Virus record (IMG/VR): IMGVR_UViG_3300020463_000102
Location: 1-28,283 of that record
Length of the DNA: 28,283 nucleotides
Source of the DNA: a virus
Lineage: Duplodnaviria; Caudoviricetes
Direction: 5' to 3' (one strand)
Part shown: positions 18,701-27,055 of the stretch, in pieces
How the letters are laid out: every line of letters begins with the position of its first letter
Position numbering within the stretch: the first letter of the stretch is position 1
Position numbers and translations under genes: made by a program
Notes under the pieces: model-generated
Told to the model about the DNA's origin: nothing
Databases searched by the model: none
The model's input: only the letters and a program-made list of their open reading frames with translations

Positions 18701-21700
18701 GAAACAAAGTTATAAAATTACCAATAAGAATATATTACCAACAGTTGGTGCTATACCAGATGATGTAGCCCTTCCAACTGCAGGTTATGTAAACTATGAT
18801 GATGTAAATATAAAAGTCTTTAACTTTGATGATCTTACTAATATTGCATCTAATCTTGACACTATTGCTATCGGCACTAATATATGGGTGGCAAAAGCCA
18901 ATTCATATGATTGGAACATTTATAGGAATAATTTAGTCAATGCATTAGTGACAACAGTAGTTGATAACCTAAACGGAACTTGTACATTTACATTTGATAC
19001 AAATCATAATTTGTTGACAGGTACTAGAATGGTTGTAAAGTATTTTGATGCTACAGTCGACGGTGCTTATATTATTAACAGTGTTCCAAGTCTAAAGACT
19101 GTAAACGTGACACTTAGTTTGCCTGGAGAAACAACTTCTCTTACAGGAACTGGATTGGTACTTGCTCTCGAAAGTGTTAGATTTGCACAAGCAAGTGATA
19201 TTGTAAATTCAACATTTGCAAATGCAATAGTACCAGGCAATCAAGCATGGGTTGACGATTATGGTAATGGCAATTGGGCAGTATTACAAAAGGTAAACCC
19301 ATTTGGTACTCCAACAGAAATAGATGCCGATACTCCAATTTTAAATGATCTTTTTGGCACTACAGTAGAGCAAGGGCTAATAGGACAAGGACTAGCAATT
19401 GGCGCTCCTGGATATGCAAGTGGCAAAGGTGCAGTCTATCTGTACAACAAATCAGATACAAATACCTATAAAGAAGCAACAATTATGACTCCAACTGCAA
19501 CTGGTTTTGTTGGCGCAGGAACAAGTTTAAGCGTAGGCAACAACGAGCGTATAGTTGCAGGTGCTCCGGCTAGTGATAGCAATAAAGGATATGCAGTTGG
19601 AATTCGAAGAAATAGCGGAAATGGTGAGTATACTCAAACACAATTATTTAATACTGGCACAAATGATGTAGACAATTTTGGACAAAGTGTAGCAGTCAGC
19701 GATGATGAACGTTGGTTATATATAAGTGCTCCAACTGCTACAACAAGTAGCAACTATGTGTATGTATACAATCAAGTTAGTGTACAATCACAGACACTGA
19801 ATTTTACAGGTGACGGTACAACTACAGATTTTATTATTACTGGTACAATTGTTGTCAGTGGTATAAATGCAACTGCACAAACACAACTTGGTGTCACAAG
19901 AAATAATGTGTCACAAACTGCAGGTAGTGCATATACTGTGCAGACTAGCGGAACCAACCAAGTTGTGCGTTTTGCTACTGCACCAAACGAAAATGACAAA
20001 ATTAGAATCACACGTAAGCAAGGTGTGACATATTTGCCAAGTACACCAACAACTGCTTTTAGTACTGCTACAGTGTTTTCCGTTACTGATATCTATAGTT
20101 TTGCAGTTTACTTCAACGGTGCGTTATTACGCCCAATACATGATTATACCTTTGCTGGAACGACTGTTACGTTACTTTCAAGTATAAATTCAGGCACACT
20201 TTTAATTGATGCAAAAACATTTTGGGACTTTAATCAAACAATTAATTTATCAGGCTCGGTTGGTGATCTAATTGGACAAAGTATATCAACTACTACAGAT
20301 GGAAGGCAACTAATAATTGGTGCGCCTGGTTCAGAAGTTACCATTGGATCTACAACCACAACTGATGCTGGAAAAGTATACATTTACGATAGGAGTGTAG
20401 AGCGTTTTCAAGTTACCACTGCGTCAACAACGACACAGAATTTTACAACTACTGATACGCCCGTAGGAGCAGTAACAGCTACAGTGAATGGAACCTATCT
20501 AATACCGACTGAACAAAACAACAATGCACAATTCAGTTTTAGTGGAACCACAACCACCATTGGAACATCAACTAATCCATATACACTAAACATTGGTGAT
20601 ATTGTTGAAATTGAAACTAACACCTTTAGATTGGTTCAAACTATCAATTCACCAACAGTAGGTGAAGCATACAACTTTGGTCAAGTAGTAGACATGTGTA
20701 GCACAAATTGTAGCCTATATCTTGCAGAACCAAATGATAGTACAATTACAGAACAAGGCGGAAGTGTTGATAGATGGATTAATCAGTCGAGACTGTTTGG
20801 AACTATTACAGGTACTGTAACCAATCCAGTTTTAACAGCTACTAATAGTATAAGAATTAACAATTATTATGTCACCTTAACCGGAACCACAGTTGCTAGT
20901 TTGGTAACTGATATTACAACTGCAAATTTGCCAAACATCAAGGCAACTGAAGTCGGCGGTGCATTACAAATTACACTTGTTGATGTTCAAGCAGGTGAAG
21001 CATTTATAAAACTACAAGTAGCACCAGGAGCAGGAACTGCGTTTGCAGATTTAGGACTTGCTCAAATGGTATTTGCACAAACTATTGTATCTCCGATAGC
21101 ACAACAGTTTGGACATTTTGGGCAAAGCGTAAAAATTGATAGCACTGCAACAACATTAGTTGTTGGTGCTCCAGATGCTACTGCTAACTTGCCAACCACA
21201 TTTGATACTAATACTACCTACTTTGACAGTAAAAGTACACTGCTAATTGATCCATTAGAGGAATCAGGTGTAGCATATACATATAACTTTTTAAATGCAG
21301 CCAATGCAAGTGCAACAAATACAGGTAAGTTTGTTTTTGGACAACAAATTTACGATACAAGCATGGTAAGTTTTGATAAGTTTGGTAGTGCAGTTGATTA
21401 TTATGACGGCGTATTACTCGTAGGTGCACCAAACGATGATTTAAATGACAGTTCAGGTGATTATGGAAGAGTAACACAACTTGTAAATGCAAACAAAGAA
21501 AGTGCATGGAAAATTGTTTACAATCAGCAACCAATAGTGGACAGTTCTCTGCTGAACAGTGTGTTTACATATGATAAAGCAAGCAACCAAGTGGATACAT
21601 ATTTAGATTTTATTGATCCACTACAAGGAAAAATACTAGGCGCTGCAACTGCAAACATAAACTACCAAGGTGGTATTGACCCTGCATCTTACAATACAGG

Positions 21701-24700
21701 AACAGTAAACAATTACGGTTCACAATGGAGAGACCAGTACTTAGGACACTTTTGGTGGGATCTAAGCACAGTAAGATTTATTGATTATCATCAGGATACT
21801 ATAGAGTACAAAGCAAGACGCTGGGGACAACTGTTTCCAGGTTCATCGGTTGATGTATATCAATGGACAAAGAATACAGTAGCACCTGCTGATTACACCG
21901 GCGAAGGAAGTGTATATACAACTGATAGTTACGTTGTAACCACCGAGCTTGACAGTGCAGGAACATTTGTTTCAAATTATTATTACTGGGTAAAAGGATT
22001 ATCTGCAGTGCCAACTGGCAAAACGCTTAGTTCAAATGCAATTACACAGTACATAGCAGACCCAAGATCAAGTGGAGTGAGTTACAGTGCAGCTCTAAAT
22101 CCAAACACCATAGGCTTATATAATGTAAGACAACAATTAGTTGCAACAGATACTATACTGCATGTTGAGTTTGATAAAATAAAAAATACTGATGCAGTAC
22201 ATAGTGAGTATGATTTAATCACTAATAATGATCCTAACAGTTTCTTAGGTACCGGACTTTACAGAAAGTTTCTTGACAGCTATTGCGGAGTTGACACACT
22301 TGGCAATAATGTACCAGACCCAACACTTTCCATTGCTGACAAGTATGGTGTAAGTTTCCGTCCTAGACAAAGTTTTTTTATAGATAGATTTCTTGCACTT
22401 GAAAATTACATGAAGCGTGCAAACAGGATAATGAAACTGTATCCTATATCAGAGGACAAAAGTTTTAAATTACTAAACAGTTCAGATCCAGAACCAACAA
22501 GCGTAAGTGGTTTGTGGGATAAACGTGTTTTAACTTATGCAGAACTAACGTATCAGGATTTAAATCAAGTAGCAGTTGGTTATAACTATTTGGTAGCAAG
22601 TGACAGTACTCAAGAAGGACTATGGACAATATATACTGTAATTGCTGGACCTAGTTTACAGTTAGCAAGAGTACAAAACTATGATACAAAATTGTACTGG
22701 AGTTACGTAGACTGGAACGGCGTTAACGCTGATGGAACAACCTACAGTAGTGCAAATGCTAGTGCCTACGAAGTAGAAGTATACAGTAATTTACTTGCAC
22801 TTGAAGATGTGCCAAATGAATCATGGGCTACTGTACTATTAAACAGCTTTGCAAAGAAAGAAGTTTATCAGTATAGCACCACTACTAGAGAATGGACAAG
22901 AGTTTTCTTAGAAGATGGAACAATTGCAGTTGATAGTACTGTTTGGGATTATTCAGTAGGTAACTTTGGTTTTGATGTTGAAGCATTTGATGCACAGAGG
23001 TTTGCACAAGCACCTGATGTTGAGACGAGACAAATACTTAAAGCACTGAACGAAGAAATTTTTGTAAATGAATTAAAAATATTCAGAAACGAACTCCTAA
23101 TATTAACGTTTGAATTTATCATGAGTGAACAAGCCGCTCCTGACTGGTTAATAAAAACAAGTTTGATCGACGTCAATCATAAAATACGTGATCTAATTGA
23201 ATATCCAATTTTTAGAAGAGATAATCAAGATTTTGTAAGTCAATATATAGAAGAAGTAAAACCCTATCATGTACAGGTAAGAGAATTTAATTTACGCTAT
23301 GAAGGTGAGGATACCTATAACGGTAGTATTACTGATTTTGACCTTCCGGCATACTATGATGCGTTGCGAAATCAATTTGTTTCTCCTATACTGGACGATA
23401 GCAAATTTCCAACATCATTGAGTGTGGTACCGAGTACTTCCAGCATATGGACTACATTTCCATGGAGTCAATGGTATAACAATTATAAACTGGTTGTCAA
23501 AAATGTTAAAGTGATAAATGGTGGAAGTAGTTACACTGTACCTCCGCAAGTTGTAGTGACAGGTGACGCAACAACACAAGCAACAATGACCGCAACTGTA
23601 AACACTGCTGGTGTTGTCACTGGAATTACTGTAGATGCTCTTGGAAGTGGTTATTTAACTACGCCAACACTTACAATATCAGGTGGTAATGGAACTGGCG
23701 CAACTGCGGTCGTAGTGTTAGAACCACAACAGGTACGTGACTTTAAAACAATAGTCAAGTATGACAGAATTACATACACAAGTCAAGTGTTAGATTGGAC
23801 TGCAAGTACGGTATACACTGCTGGACAATTACTCCGATATCCGGTACCAACACTTGGAGTTGTAGATGTAAGTTTGCCAGAAGTTTATAGTGTTAACGCA
23901 AACTTTACAAGTGGCACAGTGTTTGATCCTGACAACTATACTAAAGTTGATCAATCAACACTTGATGGCGCAGACAGAACTATTGGATTATATACTCCTG
24001 AGCCAAATGAACCAGGACGAGAACTTGCACAAGTAATGACAGGTATAGACTATCCTGGAGTACAAGTTGATGCACCAGACTTTAATCAAAATACTGGTTA
24101 TGATATCGGCAACTTTGACATCAATCCATTTGATAATATAGATTTTGGTCCAGAAGGATTACCTACATATGATCCTGCAATACTTGACGTAATATACGAA
24201 AGTGAATTTACAGACACATACTTAGGTGTACGTTCAACAGACATTAATGTAGTGGGCGGTGCTTTTATAGATTCTTATAGTTCGCATGCTCCTGAAGAAC
24301 TTATACCTGGAAGTGAATTTGATACACTAGATTTAAAAGTCTTTACTCGTCCAGGTAGTGATTGGAACAGTGACGGACATGGTTTTAATATTGCAACAAT
24401 AAATGTTGTGTTTGCCGCGATAGGTACAACGCTTGATTTTACAAGTGCTATGTTACATCCAGTCGGCATAGAAGTAATTGATATCACAAGTGGACAAAGC
24501 ATTACAAACACTGCCTACACAATAGATTGGGTAAACAAAGTTGTTACACTCGGTGCAACTATGCCAAGTGCAATTGGAAGTAATATTGCAATTAAGGTCT
24601 ATGGCTTAGGTGGCGGTTCACAGATATACAAAGAAAGCATTGTGGGCAGTAATGTAACCAGTAACGTTGCAACCATTCCAGTTGTATTCTCTGAGATCAA

Positions 24701-26336
24701 CCAAATGGTAATTTTTGTCAATGGTACAATAATAACAGACTATGTGTTTGCCGCTAGTGGTAGTTTTGCAACTGCAATTACATTTACTAGCACTTATGGG
24801 GCTAGTGATTGGATTACTTTTGGAGTACTAGGTGTAACCACACCTTTACAGTATTCATGGAGCACTCCATTAGTACAATATATTATATACGATGGTTCTA
24901 GTTTGCTTAATCCACTTACAAACAACTTAGGTGGTACAAATCGGGCAAATATGGTTGTACAAAGAGAAGGACAGAGACTTCGTCCACCAGAAGGTATCGA
25001 ATACACAGGCGATGGCTCAAGTGCTGGTCCATATTATATTAGTACAACAGGGTTAAGCAATCAAGGGTTGGTAGCAGATAATGACTTGTTAGTGTATGTC
25101 GACAATGTGCTTCAGAATCTTGCCGTTGATTATAATCTTAGTGCATGGGATGGATCAAGTGATAGATATGTTGAATTCACTGTTGGTAGTATGCCGGCGG
25201 CAAACAGTGATATTAAAATTTTTACAACCACTGAAGCAGATTATATACTGCTTGGCGATCAGTTAGATTTACGTGTCAGTGCCGCCGCTAACGCAACATT
25301 TGCAGTGTACACTTACAATGATACTGCTCAACAAAACATACTTACAAAAGTATTTGTCGGCCCAACTACTCAAGGTGTCACAACTGGCGACGGTTACGAC
25401 GAAGTACCATACGACAGTGCGGAGTTTGATAAAACAGTTGGAACAACTATTCAAACTAATAACTTTGCACTTGGTAGACTTGTAACCAGTCCTGAAAGAC
25501 TAATAGTCACATTGAACGGAGCATTTATTAGTCAATCAGAATATGATCTAACCACTGGCACTGATAACAAAACCACATTGGTATTGGATAGGAATGTTAT
25601 TAATGCGGCTGACGTGTTAGCAGTAACCATGTTCACAAACACAGTAGTACCAAACAGTTTAAACTTTAGAATTTTCCAAGACATGTTAGGCAATCAAAAG
25701 TTGCTAAGAATGAATACTAAAAACACAACCGAACTCGCACAAGACCTTGCAATTGACGCATTAGAAATTCATCTACAAGATGCAAGTAAAATTAGCGAGC
25801 CTGATTTGGATAACAATATTTTTGGACAACTTATTGTTGGTGGCGAACGAATTACATACAGAGTACGAGATCTAGGCAGCAACACTGTTAGTGATCTTAG
25901 ACGAGGGACTGCTGGAACAGGAGTCTATGCACATACAACAGGAACCACTGTAAGTGATGTTGGTCCTGGAGAACAACTTCCTGCCACGTATCAACAAAAA
26001 ACAACAACTGATAAAACAAATGTTGGAAACGGAACTGAAACAAGATTTAATACAAGCATTATAGTGCCAACTGGGTTAGACAGTACAGAACTAAGTGAAT
26101 CTATCAAAGTCACAGTTGGTGGTACAGTGCTTGTACCAGAAACAGATTACACTGTGACAGGAACTGATACTACGTTTACAGAAGTTACTCTTACAACGGC
26201 TCCATTAAAAGGAGTTGAAATAGTGTTTAGCCAGGTAACTGCTAAGGTAATGTATGCACAAGGAACTGGTACAGCAAGCAATGGAATTGCATTACAAGAT
26301 CAGACTACTTCAGCAGTCACATTCCTAAAGAGTTAA
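12738..26336 (+). CDS. Giant baseplate wedge/virion structural protein (gp7-like) with FG-GAP propeller, CBM-like and Ig-like modules, 4532 aa
   Basis: Follows gp6. N-terminal FLPEIFQT..N..LL...LDQL, a KGT motif (FLGTKGT) and EVKPYH (KPYH at 23259) resemble gp7/gpI-type wedge motifs. One uninterrupted ORF in the standard code. Confidence 0.7.
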   Translation: MAKRIRSEDFLPEIFQTPANKQLLRSTLDQLTQNPKLKPTEGYIGRKIGPGVTASDSYVLEPTTTRSNYQLEPGVVQTNDNGTEVLNTITYPGIIDSLQLQGANTTRDDRLFDSEYYSFDPMVDFDKYVNFGQYYWVPAGPNSVSVFANAIPIRATYDVKYVNTGYTFSEYAGTLPTINLAREGEYNFNVSDSGRNFWIQSQPGTSGVLAQQPNQSSREVLGVTNNGDDFGTVTFAVPSKTAQNFYFTLADIGSTDLLEDTLQFNQINNVFVDVFVEEHGGIDGITDLQDRTLIITTDTDTGWEILTPFDDTLFDQDDPGIPNPGFDNSVALATDPERYVQWRINYNYQNPTRPFIELTKVKDVANLSKSIINYGTDYAGVTFYKNADGMFERQPLITANLDILYYQDASDELNFGIIRLVDQTNLSDLNVDEDIVGKKNYSSPNGVVFTNGLKVEFTGAIVPASYEGKQYYVEGVGTAIELLPVTDFVTPETYTISASVPFDSLSFDEGGYDATSNAPTAQDYMTINRASIDQNAWSRGNRWFHIDVLTNTATYNNVPLEINNDARAKRPILEYRKSLKLFNYGTLATDPVDIIDFTQTNAFQNVNGSIGYSVDGYPLIQGSRIIFANDSDPQVKNKIYTVNFVDFQDSSVKTIDLQAASLTSPEVPTNTNIVVLSGTTEQGKSYWFNGTTWIAGQQKTDTNQPPLFDVYDENGYSFSDISVYPSSTFVGTKIFSYAVGTGATDTIIDQPLKYFSISNVGDIVFDNNLYTDTFTYVKNATSSTQKIDTGIIRQYDTISTFYKLLGWQTHFDTSVQRQSFTFDYADIPLVLDVPVITDTSKIPVKVFVDGQFVLPNTYTYTTNADNLTVITFNTNVVGQPATEPASGAVVEIQVLSNSASTIGFYTIPSNLESNALNKNSENFTLGTIRTHYETICQNLEGFSGKIHGANNVRDLGNLIPFGNLILQQSAPLTMLTPFIRGREFEYFRAVEFSSQEYSKTKNKILDFVANNDWSGKTTSTILDTTLISINAGKNASAPFYWTDAIPSGNDFQTTTYTFSPISTYVFDTLNSYDFTSANYNGILVYLTPKSTGIQTILVGDGEEYTVATDGPRITINSEKITLANDDIITIREYTATYGSYIPATPSMMGLYPVYLPQSFVDNTYLTPTTVIQGHDGSLTVAFDAGDYRNDVLLELEKRIYNNIKINTAEKYDPPLRASDVIPGQFRTTNYTLTEINNILNTSFLAWVGANRVPYKDQSYSATNEFTWNYSNSENRLSSAPLVGFWRGIYFDLYDTDSPHTRPWEMVGLSVKPTWWNTRYGPAPYTSGNTVLWDDMAKGIIAYPSGNVIVKEYIRPQLLDCLPTDSQGNLVSPMQSIVGSYDTNSFVKSWVAGDYAPTQTAWRRSSYYPFAIQRLLALCEPAKYFSLFADRDLYKYNTDYNQYLYNDRFRIDPGQIVVYGNGTSKNSYINFVVDYNRVTGLDSTVEVTKKLANLDVRLCYRMAGFSDKSYLKIFSEKSSPNSLNSSLLLPDESYKLFLYQNPSFAEVRFSAVTVQRTSAGYSVAGYSTEKPYFEILQSVPTGKFTSIDVNGQQSRINNTYSNNVVQVPYGYTFTSTNAVVDFLTSYGALLEKEGLTFDSQANDTIIDWTQMAREFLYWVGQSWTVGSLINLNPGADILKLNRSFSVVESLKNENINDIMLDQNFEPLFGKDYAVERLDNELKLIGLNNQTFSFLNARYTSYEHIIVFDNTSIFNDLIYNPITGARQNRLLLNGNTVFEWNGTLDAQGFILNQDNIQEWVANQPYTKGQIVLYKEAYWSATRLLSPSATFVFADWIKSDFDRIQTGLLPNIATKADALRENYDIHTANLESDSTLLGLGLIGFRPRQYMQNLNLDDISQAGLYSQFLGTKGTLGAAEQFKSANLGKEEAEYDIKENWAIQRGIYGANANRSYFELRLDESKLLSNPSTVAVIDPGEITTANQEILLENIWKQSYKITNKNILPTVGAIPDDVALPTAGYVNYDDVNIKVFNFDDLTNIASNLDTIAIGTNIWVAKANSYDWNIYRNNLVNALVTTVVDNLNGTCTFTFDTNHNLLTGTRMVVKYFDATVDGAYIINSVPSLKTVNVTLSLPGETTSLTGTGLVLALESVRFAQASDIVNSTFANAIVPGNQAWVDDYGNGNWAVLQKVNPFGTPTEIDADTPILNDLFGTTVEQGLIGQGLAIGAPGYASGKGAVYLYNKSDTNTYKEATIMTPTATGFVGAGTSLSVGNNERIVAGAPASDSNKGYAVGIRRNSGNGEYTQTQLFNTGTNDVDNFGQSVAVSDDERWLYISAPTATTSSNYVYVYNQVSVQSQTLNFTGDGTTTDFIITGTIVVSGINATAQTQLGVTRNNVSQTAGSAYTVQTSGTNQVVRFATAPNENDKIRITRKQGVTYLPSTPTTAFSTATVFSVTDIYSFAVYFNGALLRPIHDYTFAGTTVTLLSSINSGTLLIDAKTFWDFNQTINLSGSVGDLIGQSISTTTDGRQLIIGAPGSEVTIGSTTTTDAGKVYIYDRSVERFQVTTASTTTQNFTTTDTPVGAVTATVNGTYLIPTEQNNNAQFSFSGTTTTIGTSTNPYTLNIGDIVEIETNTFRLVQTINSPTVGEAYNFGQVVDMCSTNCSLYLAEPNDSTITEQGGSVDRWINQSRLFGTITGTVTNPVLTATNSIRINNYYVTLTGTTVASLVTDITTANLPNIKATEVGGALQITLVDVQAGEAFIKLQVAPGAGTAFADLGLAQMVFAQTIVSPIAQQFGHFGQSVKIDSTATTLVVGAPDATANLPTTFDTNTTYFDSKSTLLIDPLEESGVAYTYNFLNAANASATNTGKFVFGQQIYDTSMVSFDKFGSAVDYYDGVLLVGAPNDDLNDSSGDYGRVTQLVNANKESAWKIVYNQQPIVDSSLLNSVFTYDKASNQVDTYLDFIDPLQGKILGAATANINYQGGIDPASYNTGTVNNYGSQWRDQYLGHFWWDLSTVRFIDYHQDTIEYKARRWGQLFPGSSVDVYQWTKNTVAPADYTGEGSVYTTDSYVVTTELDSAGTFVSNYYYWVKGLSAVPTGKTLSSNAITQYIADPRSSGVSYSAALNPNTIGLYNVRQQLVATDTILHVEFDKIKNTDAVHSEYDLITNNDPNSFLGTGLYRKFLDSYCGVDTLGNNVPDPTLSIADKYGVSFRPRQSFFIDRFLALENYMKRANRIMKLYPISEDKSFKLLNSSDPEPTSVSGLWDKRVLTYAELTYQDLNQVAVGYNYLVASDSTQEGLWTIYTVIAGPSLQLARVQNYDTKLYWSYVDWNGVNADGTTYSSANASAYEVEVYSNLLALEDVPNESWATVLLNSFAKKEVYQYSTTTREWTRVFLEDGTIAVDSTVWDYSVGNFGFDVEAFDAQRFAQAPDVETRQILKALNEEIFVNELKIFRNELLILTFEFIMSEQAAPDWLIKTSLIDVNHKIRDLIEYPIFRRDNQDFVSQYIEEVKPYHVQVREFNLRYEGEDTYNGSITDFDLPAYYDALRNQFVSPILDDSKFPTSLSVVPSTSSIWTTFPWSQWYNNYKLVVKNVKVINGGSSYTVPPQVVVTGDATTQATMTATVNTAGVVTGITVDALGSGYLTTPTLTISGGNGTGATAVVVLEPQQVRDFKTIVKYDRITYTSQVLDWTASTVYTAGQLLRYPVPTLGVVDVSLPEVYSVNANFTSGTVFDPDNYTKVDQSTLDGADRTIGLYTPEPNEPGRELAQVMTGIDYPGVQVDAPDFNQNTGYDIGNFDINPFDNIDFGPEGLPTYDPAILDVIYESEFTDTYLGVRSTDINVVGGAFIDSYSSHAPEELIPGSEFDTLDLKVFTRPGSDWNSDGHGFNIATINVVFAAIGTTLDFTSAMLHPVGIEVIDITSGQSITNTAYTIDWVNKVVTLGATMPSAIGSNIAIKVYGLGGGSQIYKESIVGSNVTSNVATIPVVFSEINQMVIFVNGTIITDYVFAASGSFATAITFTSTYGASDWITFGVLGVTTPLQYSWSTPLVQYIIYDGSSLLNPLTNNLGGTNRANMVVQREGQRLRPPEGIEYTGDGSSAGPYYISTTGLSNQGLVADNDLLVYVDNVLQNLAVDYNLSAWDGSSDRYVEFTVGSMPAANSDIKIFTTTEADYILLGDQLDLRVSAAANATFAVYTYNDTAQQNILTKVFVGPTTQGVTTGDGYDEVPYDSAEFDKTVGTTIQTNNFALGRLVTSPERLIVTLNGAFISQSEYDLTTGTDNKTTLVLDRNVINAADVLAVTMFTNTVVPNSLNFRIFQDMLGNQKLLRMNTKNTTELAQDLAIDALEIHLQDASKISEPDLDNNIFGQLIVGGERITYRVRDLGSNTVSDLRRGTAGTGVYAHTTGTTVSDVGPGEQLPATYQQKTTTDKTNVGNGTETRFNTSIIVPTGLDSTELSESIKVTVGGTVLVPETDYTVTGTDTTFTEVTLTTAPLKGVEIVFSQVTAKVMYAQGTGTASNGIALQDQTTSAVTFLKS
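19347..21482 (+). repeat. Seven FG-GAP (integrin-alpha-type) beta-propeller repeats inside the giant ORF
   Basis: LFG..LAIGAP (~19350), GAG..IVAGAP (~19512), NFG..LYISAP (~19674), LIG..LIIGAP (~20268), NFG..LYLAEP (~20673), HFG..LVVGAP (~21114), KFG..LLVGAP (~21378). Most are followed by a G.VY-like strand. Confidence 0.8.
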
Positions 26337-26363
26337 ACTGGTAGTTAATGAATAAGGTAAATA
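26335..26363 (+). promoter_or_regulatory. Late promoter: AAACTGGTAGTT-N11-TAAATA
   Basis: TAAATA at 26358-26363, GTAGTT at 26341-26346, ATG 26368. Confidence 0.7.
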
Positions 26364-26367
26364 CAGT

Positions 26368-27027
26368 ATGGAACAAAAAACAAACAATGAGGCCATAGTG
26401 GATCAAGAAGAAGAAAAACGTCCTAATGAAGCAGGACAACTTGCCATCAGTGGGCACATCAAAATATTTGATCCGAATAGTGGAGAAGTCATTGTAGATA
26501 AACGCAATGCTATACACTATGAAAATATTAGTCAAAGTATAGCAAACAGCCTAGCAAATAAAACTATAGGGCAAATTTATAGTATGAGTTTTGGCAACGG
26601 CGGTAGCAGTGTTGATCCTACTGGAGTTATTACCTACTTGCCACCAAATACAACTGGACAAAATGCAAACTTATATAATCCTACTTACAGTAAAGTAGTA
26701 GACGATAACAGTGCAAGTAACACTGATACAAGTAGTAACAACCTTACTATAACACATACAACAGGAAAAGTTTATTCAGATATACTTGTGAGTTGTCTAT
26801 TAGATTATGGCGAGCCATCAGGGCAACAAGCATTTGATAATTCAACAGATTTCAACGGTGATTACGTATTTGATGAACTAGGATTAAAAACTTGGAACGG
26901 AAGTGCAACCGACCTTAGATTGATAACACATGTTATCTTTCATCCTGTTCAAAAATCATTGAACAGACAGATACAAATTGATTATACAGTTCGTATACAA
27001 ACATTAACTAATCTTAGTGCAACATAA
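26368..27027 (+). CDS. Baseplate / tail-fibre attachment protein (gp8-position, tail-collar-fibre N-terminal-like)
   Basis: 219 aa. The pattern G..KI.D......V.K.NAI, m.FG.GG, FDELGL, L.TH..F.PVQKS.NR.IQI.Y..RI is typical of the protein between the wedge and fibre genes in myophages. Confidence 0.6.
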   Translation: MEQKTNNEAIVDQEEEKRPNEAGQLAISGHIKIFDPNSGEVIVDKRNAIHYENISQSIANSLANKTIGQIYSMSFGNGGSSVDPTGVITYLPPNTTGQNANLYNPTYSKVVDDNSASNTDTSSNNLTITHTTGKVYSDILVSCLLDYGEPSGQQAFDNSTDFNGDYVFDELGLKTWNGSATDLRLITHVIFHPVQKSLNRQIQIDYTVRIQTLTNLSAT

Positions 27028-27030
27028 ATA
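27023..27030 (+). promoter_or_regulatory. Putative late promoter core CATAAATA overlapping the upstream stop codon
   Basis: TAAATA at 27025-27030 includes the TAA stop. SD GGAG at 27043-27046, ATG 27056. Confidence 0.6.
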
Positions 27031-27055
27031 CACTTAGAAAACGGAGTAAAACAAA

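Noticed and set aside
12738-26336. Intein, intron or stop-codon recoding as the cause of the giant ORF
   Set aside because: No Hint or LAGLIDADG motifs were seen. The ORF is open in the standard code and both TAA and TAG are used as gene ends in the window.
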